Shown: positions 40,393 to 55,836, counted from the whole stretch's first letter. The stretch: 63,998 nucleotides of DNA, filler included, from Pirum gemmata (GCA_002812295.1; 9 parts of 9 records of this genome joined end to end with filler, not necessarily neighbours in it), one strand, 5' to 3'. Made by a program: numbers and translations. The notes: a model not told the origin generated them from the sequence alone.

Positions 40393-41310
40393 AGTTTTTT
40401 TTTTTTTTTTTTTTCTCCAATATTCTAAACCCTCAAAAAGACCCTAACTCCCTGCCATCCTACAAATCACCCTAATAATAATAATAATAATAATAATAAA
40501 CAAAAATTTCCCAGGCTAGGTGACTGTATTATGATATAATATTATATAGTTGTAGATTATGGACTACCTAGCCTAGTAGGTATTAATATGTTGTTGGTGT
40601 TGCTGTTGCTGTTGCTGTTGTTGTTGTTGTTGCTATTGTTGCATCAACTTGTATGACGGTGTTTTTTTCTATGCCCATATTATCGATAAAAAAAAATTAA
40701 AAAAATCATTTTATATCAAGCTTTTTCTGCAAGCTTTTTGAATCTTGATCTTTCTTCTATCATACTATGATTACTACTTTTAAATAGCTAGTACTAAGCT
40801 ACTAGCTATCATAGCTAGTCTAGTAGACTTAGTCTACTAGCTATGATAGTATAGACTACTAGCTAGCTAGAGGGCTGTGTACAGTGTGTAGTCTTGGTAT
40901 CACATTAATATTATTATCATAGACTATCATAGGAAAAAAAAAAATTAGGCATAAATCTGCATGATCAACCTGGTAGTGAAAAACAGTAGGGGTGAGATGA
41001 GTATGGAACTTTTTGTCGAGGCCTTGCCACCGGAAAATTTCTCCGGAGCCCTGCGATTTCCATAAGTAAAACATATGGAATACTAATTAAAATTTCGAGG
41101 GGTTGCCAGAAACGAAAAATCGAGTTCCATAAGTAATGGAATTCCCTATTTCAGACTATTACCATATTTAGCCGGGGTTTTTTGGGAACTTTTTTTGAGA
41201 GGGGATATTGGTGATAAATATTACTATTTTTGGTATCTTTTTTCCCCTCTCATAATTCCATAGTAAATATAACAATTACATTAGGTTATTGCACTGCCTA
41301 ATTAAGCACT

Positions 41311-42333
41311 ATTCATTATCATTATCATTATCATTATCATTATCATTATATCATTATCATTATCATTACCATTATCATTATCATTATCATTATCATTATA
41401 ATTATCATTATCATTATAATTATCATTATCATTATAATTATCATTATCATTATCATTATCAGTATCATTATCATTATCATTATCATTATCATTATCATTA
41501 ATCATTATCATTATCATTATCATTATCATTACATTATCATTATCATTATCATAGTATTATCATTATCATTATAATATCATTATCATTACCATTATCATTA
41601 TCATTATCATTATCATTATCATTATCATTATCATTATCATTATATAATAATTATCATTATCATTATCATTATCATTATCAGTATCATTATCAGTATCATT
41701 ATCAGTATCAGTATCATTAATCAGTATCATCAATCATTATCATTATCATTATCATTACATTATCATTATCATTATCATAGTATTATCATTATCATTATCA
41801 TTATCATTATCATTATCATCATCATTATCATTATCATTATCATTATCATTATCATTATCATTATCATTATCATTATAATATCATTATCGTTATCATTAAT
41901 TAACATTATCATTAATATTATTGTTATCATTATCATTATCATTATCATTATCATTATCATTATCATTATCATTATCATTATCATTAATATTAATATATTA
42001 TCATTATCATTATCATTATCAGTATCATTATCATTATCATTAATTATCATTATCATTATCATTATCATTATCATTATCATTATCATTATCATTAATATTA
42101 TCATTATCATTATCATTATCATTATCATTACCATTATCGTTATCATTATCATTATCATTATCAGTATCATTATCAATATTATCAGTATCATTATCATTAT
42201 CATTATCATTACCATTAATATTATCATTATCATTATCATTATCATTATCATTATCATTATCAGTATCATTATCATTATCATTATATATCATTATCATTAT
42301 CATTATCATTATCATTATCATTATTTTAATATC

Positions 42334-42394
<61 letters not shown>

Positions 42395-42729
42395 ATATTA
42401 ATATTATCATTATCATTATCATTATCATTATCATTATCAATATTATCATTATCAGTATCAGTATCAGTATCAGTATCATTAATATTAATATATTATCATT
42501 ATCATTATCATTATCATTATCATTACCATTATCATTACCATTATCATTATCATTATCATTATCATTATCATTATCATTATCATTATCATTATCATTATCA
42601 TTACCATTATCATTATAATTATCATTATCATTATAATTATCATTATCATTATCATTATCATTATCATTATCATTATCATTATCATTATCATTATCATTAA
42701 TCATTATCATTATCATTATCATTACATTA

Positions 42730-42761
<32 letters not shown>

Positions 42762-42798
42762 ATATTAATATTATCATTATCATTGTCATTATCATTAT
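41311..42798 (+). repeat. (ATTATC)n microsatellite, ~1.5 kb, runs to contig end
   Basis: Direct reading. Confidence 0.97.
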
Positions 42799-43394
42799 NN
42801 NNNNNNNNNNNNNNNNNNNNNNNNNNNNNNNNNNNNNNNNNNTTAATTAATTAANNNNNNNNNNNNNNNNNNNNNNNNNNNNNNNNNNNNNNNNNNNNGG
42901 CGAACATCATTTACTTTGTGCCTCGGTCAAAAAAGTTCGCCATAAGAGTTCTCACCCCTCCTCTAGCTAGCTAGTAGGTATTAATGTCACTAAAAAAACC
43001 ATTTAATTCGAAAAGCTTGATATTTCAAATATTTTCATCGAACGAACATATAAAAAAATGAAAAAAAAAACTTGTCTAAATGATTTAACCAATAAGAATT
43101 GAGTATACCACCACACCATCATTTACTTGAAGCAAAACTTGCCTGGACTTTTCATCACTTTTATACTGGTAGTCTAAGTACAGCTCTAAGTACTTGTTTT
43201 TGTTATCATAATCTCTTTCTTTTTGTGTCAAGTTTGTTATTTTTGTTTTGTGTGTTTGCGTTTTTTTCAGTTTTATTGCGTTTGTTTTATTTACCTTTTA
43301 GTTTTATTTACTTATTTTGATATTAGTTTTTGTTTATGTATTATTGAAAGGTTTTTCAAAGTAATATTAATAAATATGTACTTCGTGGATTTTA

Positions 43395-45320
43395 GAAAAT
43401 GACGGGATAGCTTTTTTGGACAGCGAACACGATTCAGAGATACACTTCATAAGACTTGTAACAACAATGGAGATTTTTATCACTCGGGACGCAATCGGAC
43501 GTTTCCATGGGTGGTTTGAATCTGAAGCTACGTATACAACAATGGCCGAAATTTTTTATCACTCACTTCTTATCAGAATTTATAAGTTTTTCAAACTTTA
43601 CTTGCAAGAAATATTTTTTGCATAGGTACGTACGTATACGTTCTTTATTTGTTATGTACATGTGTCATTACAAATTATTATTATTATTATTATATTATTA
43701 TTATTATTATTATTAGAAATCAGTTGAATGATTTTTTGTTTCTAATTACGAATATTAAAATAATAACATTAATATCTAATTACGAATAATAATATAAAAG
43801 GTGTTGAATTTAAATTTAGTATAAATAAAAAAAAACATCAAGATTACATTCCATGTATGATTCACCAGAATCGAATCTGATTATGATACAAAATAGTATG
43901 TTGAATGATTTCTCATTTTTTGTTTACAATCATATTATATAAATTCAAAACGATAATATTATTAGGAATTAATCAATTGAATGTTTTCTGTTAGTTTCTC
44001 ATTTTTTGCTTATAATTTTATATAATTATAATGTTATATAAGGTATTGAATTTAGCAAACTATATAATATTATATAATATTATATATATTATAGAATATT
44101 ATAGAATATTATACAGAATCGCTGAATATTTTTTAGATAGATGTTTGATTTTCTCGGGGTAAACTCAAACTCAATTAATTCTTTTTCAATTATTCTGCGT
44201 AAGTACAATGTCATAGCTCTGCGTAATGGTAGCAAAAAAGTAGAGGATGCAGAAAAGCTGTTATTGTCAGGAAAACGTATATATAATGAATATATTTATG
44301 GAACTAAATATTATAATATTATATCAAATCAATTAAAAGCAATGGGCATTTTAACGAAAAAATTGCCTGAAAAGGCATACACGCTCTACAAAAAGCATTT
44401 TCCAAACAGTAAGTTATTTTAAATTTATAATTAATCATACGATTAAATTATATCATTATAACCAACCCCAAAATTTGAATTTCTTTTTTTAGAGTTGTCC
44501 AGCGCATATTGTATATTATAATATATAATACTATATAATTTGCAATTTTCTAATATCAATTTAATTAAAACACATTATTGCACATAATATAATATAATGC
44601 TAGTTTTTTAACTATATATTATGATAATGTATTTCATGGTGATGACAAAATTTGTCGAAATACCAGAGATAATCGTAACCTTCAAACCCTTTCCTGGTTG
44701 AACACAAACTTTGAAGCTGTAACTGATGAACACAACGAATTTGCGGATTTGGCGGACGGAGTAAGTTATCAAGCGCACGGAAGAGAATTAGTATATTATA
44801 TGTCGCAAAAAGTGTATACATTCAAAATTCCCCTTGCTCCGATGGCAAGAAAAAGACGTATTAATCACTTCCCGTTTAAGACAAGCTTTGTATCCTGTCC
44901 TATGTATATAAAATATAGCCCTTCAGAAAAAGCTTATTAAAAACACTCTGGAAGTATCGGGGCTTATTAATCCAATATGACTTTTCTAATTACGGTGACT
45001 TGGTCTATTTTGCATATTAATATTAATTAATTGAAAAACATACACACACAATTGTGCAATCAGAACGGAAAAATTGCTACTTTCCTATATTTTAAAATTC
45101 TGGTATTAATATAATATTCTATTCATGGATCAATGCATTATTAATTATATTGTACTACTGTATTATTGTATTATTGTAATACCAACGCTTTTGGATCAGT
45201 CTCGTTTTGGACGGGTCACCCACAACAGTCCCACAACCTGGAAGTTTTCGGGATGAATATCTGAATAATTCTTGAGCAGCGCAACGCAAGTCTGCTTGTA
45301 AACTATGGATCCCAACTATG
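43395..45320 (+). pseudogene. Degenerate multi-exon coding remnant, possibly an IS5/PIF-Harbinger/ISL2EU-like transposase
   Basis: Coding-like blocks 43395-43625, 44117-44408, 44638-44940, 45195-45320, some with GT/AG edges; last block reads ISLVLDGSPTTVPQPGSF, loosely like the first-Asp motif of DDE_Tnp_4. Confidence 0.3.
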
Positions 45321-45472
45321 CTAGCAACGACTATGATACTATCAACAGATACTATCAAGATCTGATACTACCATGGATACTATCATACCTAGCTAGAGTA
45401 GCTATATTATATGGAGTTTTTTTTATTTATTACTAGTGGATTTATTATATTCCAGTATATTTATATATATTC

Positions 45473-45779
45473 AGGAAGACTAATAAAATAATAATTATTA
45501 TTTTTATTATCTGTTATTATTGTAATAAATGCATTTGATATGACGTAACGATTGAAAAGCTTGAAAAGGGCAAATGATGACGCTTAGATGACGTAGTATG
45601 ACGTTTAAAAAAAAAGCATAATGAAAGAACTATAAAGACACGAAAAAACACTGAAAAAACACTGAAAAAACAGCTGAAAAAACTTTGGGGTGTTTTTTTG
45701 CTTGGCCCTTTCAATTAGTTGTTACGTCAATATTTTTTAAAAAATGACGTAAATTTATTATGTTATTTTTAGTCTTCCT
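45473..45779. mobile_element. MITE-like element (~307 bp)
   Basis: TIR AGGAAGACTAA...TTAGTCTTCCT; interior rich in TGACGT; single copy in window. Confidence 0.6.
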
Positions 45780-47613
45780 TGGTGTATTCTGTCAAAATTT
45801 CTGTGACTTCTGTCAGAGGCTCAAAGCCCGTCAGAGAGTCCGTCAGAGTAGGTTTTTTTTATTCATTTTGATCTACCGGTGGTAGTTATCGATACTACTA
45901 TCTATCGTACCACTCTTGCCAGCCAGCTCTAGTAGCTAGACTAGCTAGCTAGCAGACTCTACAGAGACTCTACAGATCATATACAGTTCATATACCCAGT
46001 AACCCAGTAGTCTATCATATCATATAGAGCTATCAAACAGTCAAACTATGCATCTGAACGTACTACTACTAGCTAGCTAGTAGCTTAATCTAACTAGCGT
46101 ACTACTACTAGCTCTTAGCTAGCTAGCTATCACGATATGCTAGCTAGACTATCACGATATGATAACTATATGATAGCTAGCTACTATAAACCTAGCTAGT
46201 ATCGATTGATATCATAGCATTCATAGCACGTCATATTGGTCATGCTAGTCAACACTTTACTATGATACTAGCCATATGATTTCGAGCTCGTATCAGATAT
46301 CATAACTCGTGGAAGTATAGTATGAGGACAATATATTGTATGAATGTATGATATCGTTGATTATAAGCCTGGAGTGACATTAGGTCTATACCCTTTTCCA
46401 AAACTTTTGAGGTATCGATTAAGGTATGATAATTATAATATTAATATAATATCGATAAATAATATTATTATGAATTTATGATAATATTTAATTAATATGA
46501 TAGTGGGGCTTTGCATTTATATAGTTCAGCTGTATACTGCTCCAGTTTTTCAATAGTTGTTCGGTTCAAAAACTGAAATAAATGTACCAAATTATTATTA
46601 TGGTTAAATTATCAGACATGTTTAATTAATTTGGTATTTTATACTTAATGTTTTATTTTATAAACAAGGTCAATTATATACTTAAGCAGTACCAAATTAA
46701 AGATTGAGGGGATAACAAATAGACGATAATAATAGCTATATTATATATTAAAATTTTATGGTATTTTATACTTAATGTTTTATTTTATAAACAAGTTCAA
46801 TTATATACTTAAACAGTACCAAATTAAAGATTGAGAGGAAAACTGTATGGCATAATGAAATAGACGATTTATTATACACTTGAAAACAGTAACAAATTAA
46901 AGATTGAGAGGACAAAGACGATAGTTGCTGCGTTGCTACGGTCAAAAGTATCATAGCTATTCTAGCTAGCTAGTAGAGTCTATCGCTGAGAGACTCGCTA
47001 CTTTAGCTAGCTAGACCTGGGTCTACGGCTCTACCTGGTTTAGTGGTTTAGGTCCTGGTAGTTTATCATAGGTCTAGCTAGCTAGCTAGTTAGGTGTGGT
47101 GTATGGTTCAACAACTGGCCTTGCCTGCAACAACGTTAACCAATGGTATGATAAAACTGGTAACAAAAAGAGCTGGGCTGGCTGGTAGCCTGGTACCACC
47201 GTACCACTGCCTGGTGGTCCTGTGGTGGACTCCTGAGTGGTAGACTCTGCTGCTCTCAGCAGGGTTAGCTCTGAGAGGGTTAGCTAGCGTCTGGCTAGCT
47301 AGTGTTGACTCTTTATTGACTAAAGCAAACTGTGTGAAAAAATGAGCCAACAGAAAAATGGAAAAACTAGCTTTCCTCTCAGAAGTAGCTCGGGGAGAGA
47401 CTAGAAATTTATAAAATCTAGGTGACCCTTCTCCCACTAGCTAGCTAGCTAGTAGGTAGAGCTGGTAGTAGCTGGCTCTAGTTAGCTAGCTAGCTAGCTA
47501 GGTAGCTGGCTAGCTAGCTAGGTAGCTGGCTATGATTGCCCTTATCATAGTTATCGATAGAGCTACTCTAGCTAGCTCTAGCTAGCTAGTATGGCTATGA
47601 TTGCCCTTAATTA

Positions 47614-47798
47614 TAGTGCTTTTCAATTATTTTGTCGTCATAAAATATACAATAAATAGTACCAAATTAATACAATATAAATCCATTTTATTAAATTTGG
47701 TATATTTTATTACATATTTATTTATTTAAAAGTATCAGTTTAAATATTATAAACAACCAAATAAATATTCGGAATGACAAAATAAATGAAAAGCACGA
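47614..47798 (-). mobile_element. MITE family A copy (reverse)
   Basis: TA|TAGTGCTTTTCA...TGAAAAGCACGA|TA. Confidence 0.9.
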
Positions 47799-50210
47799 TA
47801 TCGATAGAGCTACTACCTTCAGTATTTTTCCCTATTCTTGCGGGATTTGCGGAGGTGGTTTTTTCGCGGCCCGCTTGATAGCAGAAGTGAAGGTCTTGAT
47901 AAAAAGGTGAAAAAAAAGATGAATATTCAACAAACAAATTGCAGCCTTATTTTATTTTTAAAACTATATATTTTTTTAAACTATAGTTAAAAACTTTTAA
48001 TTAAACCTACAGTTTAATTAACAATATGATATCATACCTTCTGCGCTCTTTTTTTTTTATGATATCATATCAGATAGATATGATCATAGCATAGACTCGG
48101 GTGGTCTACATAAAAATAAAAAAAAGGAAAACAGGAACTTTTTTTAACTACCAAGACTACCAAGCCGGATAAAAATGGCTAAATATGAGCTCAAAAATCC
48201 AAAAATATCAAAACGATCCAATTTAAGTGAAAGTGCTACCAAAATTTGAGAAATTGTCTTTTAATAAGAAAACTTTACAATGAACCAATAGCCAGCTTTT
48301 AAAATAATTTGCCTGGTTATCATTTTAAAAAGGTTTTTTTTAAAAAAAAAGAAGTCTAAAAAAAAAAAGATTTCTGCAGTTTTATACTAGTTTGGCTGTT
48401 AAAAAAAAAAAAAAAAAAATTTTTTTTTCTAAAAAGAAAAAAAAAAAAAAAAAAATTTTTTTTCCTAAAAAAAAAAAAAAAAAAACAGTAGACCTAGTTA
48501 GTGGTAGGGAGGTCTCTAGAGCTAGCTAGTAGCTAGGTAGAGTCTCTAGCTAGTATCATAGTAGCTAGCTTTGTTCCTATCTGATATCGATATCTAGCTA
48601 TCCTGATAGCTATTACTAGCTAGCTATGATAGTAGACCTAAGTCTTGCTAAAATCTATAAGCCCTCGCCAAACACTTTCTCATAGTTAACTTAGGGTTAT
48701 CGGGTTATCGTAGTCAGTTCAAAGGAAGGAAGGTGAGACAACTACTAGACCTAGCTAGCTAGCTATCATATCCAGATAGCTTGTATGATAGTAACAACGA
48801 CACTTCCATGACATACTCTCTAGCTAGTAGCTAGGTCGGACTGCGTGAAGTACGCCGTGAACCCTTCGATCTGAACATGTTCAACTGAGCCAACTCAATA
48901 ACCATTTTTTTGAAAAAGAGAAACAGATACACAACGGTAGTAGCCTAAAAACAGTCTAAAACCCCTCTGGCCGCCCTCTCGCCTAAAAACCTGCGCCTAA
49001 AAACCCTTCTTGCTGTTTTATGTTGTAATATACTATATTTAGCTATAATCTTTCCACCAATTTAAGATATTTATACTTTATTTGGTAAAACACAGAACTT
49101 GTACCACCTCAACAAACGCTTGGATCAGACACAGTGACACTTGGAGCCTTGGAAGTTGGAATCCTTGGATCGTCGGATCGAACAAAGTTCACTTGTAATA
49201 AATTGTAGCAAGGAAACGAAGCTCAAAAAGAGTTGACACTTGACAGAGAGTGAAATGGTGATAAACGCGTCATTACAACAACAATTATAAATTAAAATAA
49301 TAAATGAGAACAAACAACGACCAAAAGCAAGCAATAAGAAATATATATCAGATAATGATAATATATGAAGATAATTAATAGAGGTAGTTTTTGACGTAGC
49401 AAATAAATAAACAAATAAAACAAAATATTAAATTTTTTTTAAAATAATAATAATTTAGTATGCTTGAAATTTCAAAACAAACAATACAGAAACAATGCAT
49501 ATAATTTTTATGAACCTTACACGGTTACACCTGCACAACACCAATATGATAATAATATATTATAAATATAAATATGATATGAATATGACAGTTTAATAGG
49601 TAGGTGCCAGGTGGTGGGTGACGTAAGTAATAGACTAATCGATAGAAAATAGTTTAGATACGGTTTAGTCACTGTTTAGTCTCACCGTTTAGATAGTCTA
49701 AGATAGACTCTACAGTCGAGTTTTTTTTTAAAAAAAAAAAACTGGCGAACCCACTCTGAACTCAAACCGAAGTTCGCTTTTTTTAAAAAAAAAAACCGCA
49801 GAGGATCAAATCATNNNNNNNNNNNNNNNNNNNNNNNNNNNNNNNNNNNNNNNNNNNNTTAATTAATTAANNNNNNNNNNNNNNNNNNNNNNNNNNNNNN
49901 NNNNNNNNNNNNNNTAACAATATTTTTTGCTGAATTTTACTGGGCTTAGCCAAGATTTATACATACACACCTTTCCAATAAACAATATTGTATGATATAG
50001 TCATATCGTTCAATCATTTTATATTTTATCCTCGTTTAGTATCCTTTTATTACAAAAAATATTGTTATTTTTATTAATTACATTTTTCATTTAGCCTTTA
50101 TTATCGTTTACTATTTACTTCTTATATTTTCTTTTTCTTTCTCTAATTAGTTATCAGAGGAAAACCTTTACTACTTTTTAGTGGTGTTGTTTTCTAAAAC
50201 TTCTTCAAAA

Positions 50211-52544
50211 ATGTTTTCCTTTAAAAAAAAGCAGTCTCTTTCAAACAACAATAGCGAAAAACCTCAGGAAAACAAAGAGATATCCATAAAAAGCAAATCT
50301 TTGCGAAAAAGAAGAACCCCTCTTTTGTTCAACAGAGAAAATGAAGAAAATATGAGGAATACCAGCAATACTGAAAATAAGAATAAGAAAGACGCCTCAG
50401 AAGGGCACAAAGAAAGCTTAAACAATAACATCACAACGATAGACGTGAATGATAACAGAATGCAGGGTAACGATCTTGAAAAAATGAGGAATAATACATT
50501 TAGCAACGTTAAGGATACACCTGCTACAGATAAAAAAATCTATGACTTAATTAATAATTCAAGCAAAACAAATTATAGAATATCAAGGAAAAAGTTGGTC
50601 CAGGGAACACTATGTGAGTTGGTAAAATATGGACTTCAACTAAAACAAGTTGATATTGAACAGATAATATACATGGAAAATATTGTGGATATCTTTGATG
50701 AAGCAACGAGAACGCAAGCTAACAATTTTGATACAGTTGAGCTTAATATATGCAGTGTAAGCAGCGATAACTTGACTACAAAAAATCATTTTAATGAAGC
50801 AAGCAGTAGTTTGAAAAGAAAAAGAATTCGGAATACCAAAAGTAGTGATACGAAAAGTATCAAGAGTTTATCAAGAAATAATTTTCTTTTATTTAAGGAT
50901 CGAAAAGGTTAGCCAACCATGCGTTATTATCAATTTTTTGTTTCTGGTAATTTCACAACATTTCAAAAATAATGTTCGATTTTGTATCATCTTATTACGA
51001 TTATGTTACATATTCAAGTTTCGTTGATAATGAATTTATTTTTATTGTCAATTTTTTGTTTCTTGACATTTCACACTATTTTAAAAAATGATACGCGAGT
51101 TTGCAGTATTTTATTACAATTATGTTTTCTTATTGCATATTCAAGTTAATTCGCAATAATAGATTTAGATTTTTCGCTCACAAGTAAATAATATGTTACT
51201 TCATACACATTTTTGATCAATTGTCATTGCTACCATTGTCCTCACTGAAATATTTTATAACATAACATTTTTGATCAATTGTCATTGCTACCATTGTCCT
51301 CACTGTAATATTTAGCTATCAATGATTTTATTTTTTAATTCCTTTTTTTATTGATGTACTAACTAAATGTAAAAGGTTTTCCTGTAAAGGCGGAAAATAA
51401 TATATTCATAAAAGTATCAGATCTAGAGTATAGGCAAATGGAAATACCAAAAACTTTTCAAGCCCTTTTTGAAATAATCGAAGAAAGTACGTAAGCTTTT
51501 ATATATTTACTTTACTTATATTATCATTACTATTGTTATGGATTTTTATTGTTCCCAACTTAAAACGCTAGAGGAAGATCAGCTACCACCATTGATTTTA
51601 AGCATATAATATATATACACTATAAATCATTTACCTTATCTTTTATGTTGATTTTCATTTGATAATAATTTACTCGAAGCCACAAAATGCCTAGGATATA
51701 TATATATATATATATATATATCATCATACTATAACATTGTACTAATATGACCGAAATTCTTCTACTCTAAACTGATAGGCAAACAAGTAGAAGGTATATT
51801 TAGAAAAGCAGGTTCAGAGAGTAGATTGCAAAGGTTACACACTATTTTAATCTCGGAGAAGGTGCGCCATTGTTATCGTTTTATTATTTTATTTTTGACA
51901 ATACTAAGTTTGTATCGTTTTTCATTATATTTAAAGATGTTTTAAAGTTCTATATAACGTGTACATTCTAATGACGTACTTGGTAGTTTTTAATACTAAA
52001 AATCACGAAGCTTGAACATAATTTTCTTACTGGATATTTATTATTACAAAACTATTAGGAAATAACCAAAGCATCATTAGAGGAGTTTACTGTTCATGAT
52101 ATAGCAAGTATGTTAAAGGTAGTTATTTTAAATCTATTACCACTATTTACATCTATCTAATTATTCAAGAAACCACACAGAGCTTTCTCATTCTTTTTTT
52201 ACATCATCATTGTCATCATTCGTCATTACCAATAATCAATACAAAGGTTGTATTTTGTAATTGTTAACCCTTCTCACCCACCCACACAATATATTATATA
52301 TATTACATATTCACAATAAATTTACCATTTCCGATATATTTTTTATCAGCGCCTTGTTCGAGAAATTCAGATCATTCCTCCTTTTTTGCAGAAGATATAT
52401 TTCGAAACTCTAAAAGGTTTTTATATTTACATTATGTTTTCACTCTACTTTGTTTGTTCGATTACTTCGTCAAACTTTTGACGAAAGGCCCAACGAAATT
52501 AATTCAACTATTTATTTTTTACTCATATATTACCACTTTTTTGC

Positions 52545-52578
<34 letters not shown>

Positions 52579-54633
52579 AAGGCTTTACCGTTCAATTTAC
52601 AAAAGAAAAAGAATTCTTTGTAAACGATCGTTCTATTGAATGTTTACAACTTATTAATTTGCTTTTGCCTCCTTCAAAGCGCACTTTACTTTATAAGATT
52701 TTTTTTTTATGTAACAAAATCCGATGCAAGCAAGAAACAAATAAAATGGGTCTCACAGGCTTAAGTAAGTTTCCTTTCCTTAACATAGTTGAGTTTTATT
52801 TTTATGTAGTCTTCTAAGTTTTTTTTTATTTATTTAAATAGTTTCAGTTACGTTAATTTTATTATTATTATTATTATTAATGCATTTATTAATATAGTAC
52901 CATAAACGTCATATTGTCATTATATATTTTATGATTACCCTATTATTTGATAATTCGCATTATTAATAATCGAGAATAACTATTAAATACTGACGTACTA
53001 ACCAGAAAATATTTGCCAGGTGCATCATATTATTATTATCCTTTTTATCATTATATTTGTCTATAATTTGTACAATAAGATAATAGCTATTGCACGAACA
53101 GGTAATGATGAAATTAACCATTTACTTTATATTCTCACACGTACATGTTTCTGATAATAGGTAGAGTGTGGGCCCCAAATATTATGCCATATGAAAAGTC
53201 AGATATTGAATTTAATACTACTAATAATACCTCTAATATAACAACTGACGGTAATATTGATAAGAAATATTTTGGCAAGGATGAAATCAAGTCTTCCAAG
53301 GAACCAAGGTTTAAATTTATTCCCAGTAGAAGTTCTAACATTAATTGTGAAGACTATGCGCTTGCCGGCACTAGTAATTCTAAAAACATTAGTGAAAAAC
53401 AAAGCGGAATAAGTTATCAAGATTATAGTAAATTATGTGCCCTTATGATAGACAACTTTGATAAAATCTTTGAAGTATTATAATCATTACTATTACACTT
53501 TTTTGTTATCATTAACTTCACCATCATAGTTACAATTAGCTTCATCATTAAAGTTATAATTAGCATTGCCATTGATTAATATTTTTATTATTAGTTTTAC
53601 TTAACATTATTATTGATTATCATTTTTTTACTATCGTCTTTTCCACACTCATTTTATTTTTCTTAAGCACAACAACTAGTTTTTTAATAATTGTTTCAGG
53701 ATATCTCGATAACTGTTCTTTTTATTAAGCGTTCACTAAATGAATGTAAAATATTAAATTTATCTTTCAACAAAAACAGATACCAAAGTGCATGGTCTCA
53801 AAACTCAATATGAAAAATGTAAGTTATATATTATATATATATATACATAGACACAGAACACTTTTTTTTAATTTCAGAAAAAATTCTATCACTATTTTCA
53901 ATTATTTCATTTAAATCAATAATGGATTTTTGTATTGAATTTCATTTCAACATTGTTTGTACCCAGCTTTATGTCGCCTTTTGATTTTATTATAACTGCA
54001 TTACATATTGCATTACAGTATGTATTACAATTTTAATACTAATTATTGTTATACAGAGAAGCCAACGAAAAACTCCAATATCAAAGCAATACTGCGTAAG
54101 AGCAGAATACTCAGACTCTCCTAAGGTAATGAAGTTTATCTGCATGCCTCTACATATTTACAAGTACAAGTATATTGTCCAATGTAATTAATAATTAAAC
54201 AGTAAACAAGAGAATATTTGTGTTATTTTGTAAATCTAATTAGCATGTATGTATATACCATCTCTTTTAAATGAGAATAGGAACATACAAGAAAGCAATT
54301 AATCGCGCAATTAAGTGTAATACAGAACGAGCCTTCGATTGATACAGTTACTAAGGCAAGGTTTATGAAACACGTAAGTAAATATTTCCATACATTTTGG
54401 CTTTCTCTTTTTTTCTTTTAAGATGCATTACCCGATTTGAGAATTTTTGACATGGGTATTGGTTTTCGTAATAGTTTTGGCAATTTATATAAATTATTAT
54501 TGAGTGATTTATTTATTTTATTTATTGAATTGAATTTTCATTCTTCTAATCACGTGTTCTTGGTTATACTAAGTTTTTATATAATATTTATTACCTTGTA
54601 AATTAGATCGAAAGAACCTTGGATAGTTTGTGA
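50211..54633 (+). CDS. RhoGAP, ARHGAP19-like. Exons approx. 50211-50907, 51376-51486, 51779-51861, 52059-52118, 52350-52416, 52582-52764, 53161-53474, 53780-53818, 54057-54125, 54281-54373, 54607-54633 (last exon uncertain)
   Basis: In-frame GT-AG exons: arginine finger VEGIFRKAG, VHDIASMLK, DRSIECLQLINLLLPPSKRTLL, KQETNKM, VWAPNIM. Confidence 0.9.
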
Positions 54634-55836
54634 ATAGATTTTAGTACTCTCATTGAAAAGCTTTAAAATACAACGTACTGATTTTGTCATTGTTCTTAAT
54701 ACGTGATTTCTTTGGTGCTCATGTTTCAAGCTAGTCATTACATAAAATTGCTAACTAACCTTGGCGCCTTGAGTAGGCTGTGAAAACCACACCATGCAGA
54801 GTTTCGAAAAAAAGATTATTATATTAATCTCATTTATTAACAATTCTGTATTTATTGCAAATAAAATAGTTCATTAAAACTCATATCTCAAAAACAAAGA
54901 AACAATAAAAACGATTTTCTTGGCTTTTGGAAATCAAGCCATAAACCAAATTGTTTAAAAATTTATAATCTAGAATGTACTCGCATAAGAAAATAAAAGG
55001 TAAATTAATTTTTTCTTTTTAACTAGAGCGATTATTTTAGCAATTTGAATAAATGGCAACAATAATTTGAATAATATAAAATTAATAACAATAAATAAAA
55101 TCAAGATCGAAAAAGTGTTTACTCGGTTGTTTCTCTGTATATATCAAGCTTGTGCTTATATTACTCCCAGCTGATTATTCCAGCTACAACATGTCTACCT
55201 ACAACTGCATATGCTACTACAGCCTCGCCTGTAGTTATATTTATAGTTCTTTACCTTTTTTCCTGCCAAATTCGAAAATGATTAGTACACATGTGAAAGT
55301 CAAACACACGAACGCGGTATGAATAGCGATTCGCAAAAGAATCGGGGTTCTCTTTCACCTAGACAGTTTCAAGAATATTTATTGACTTGGGTGAAATGCA
55401 GTTAAATATCATTGGAACTTGAGCCGATTTTGTACAGGATTTCAGGGTACCCACTATCTAATCTTTGTGGGTTCAATGTAAAACCTTTTTCTTTTTCCTT
55501 TTTTGGTTTTCTGCCAAGTTGGTCCATTCGAACGCAAACAGTAATGGGTTTAAGAAAAATACTGTTGATGGAAAAGTTAGTCTTGTGGTCAGCTTCAAAA
55601 GCTTTTCTTTCTTACTTCCGTCTTTGAAATTCCAAAATTCCAACTTACATACATTCAATTATATGTTTGAGTTAATATTATTCCTACAGCAGTTTTATTT
55701 AAATACATACTGTACAACAGAAAAATAGATTTTCAGTTCCTGGAAAAGGCACCCCCAGTTCCCGAAAATGACACCCATTGCTTTTACTAAAATAGAAAAA
55801 GATAACAATCACAAAAAGTAATCTTTTTCAAAGATT

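Noticed and set aside
41289..42722. MIMIMI / NDNDND / YHYHYH ORFs
   Set aside because: Translations of the (ATTATC)n microsatellite
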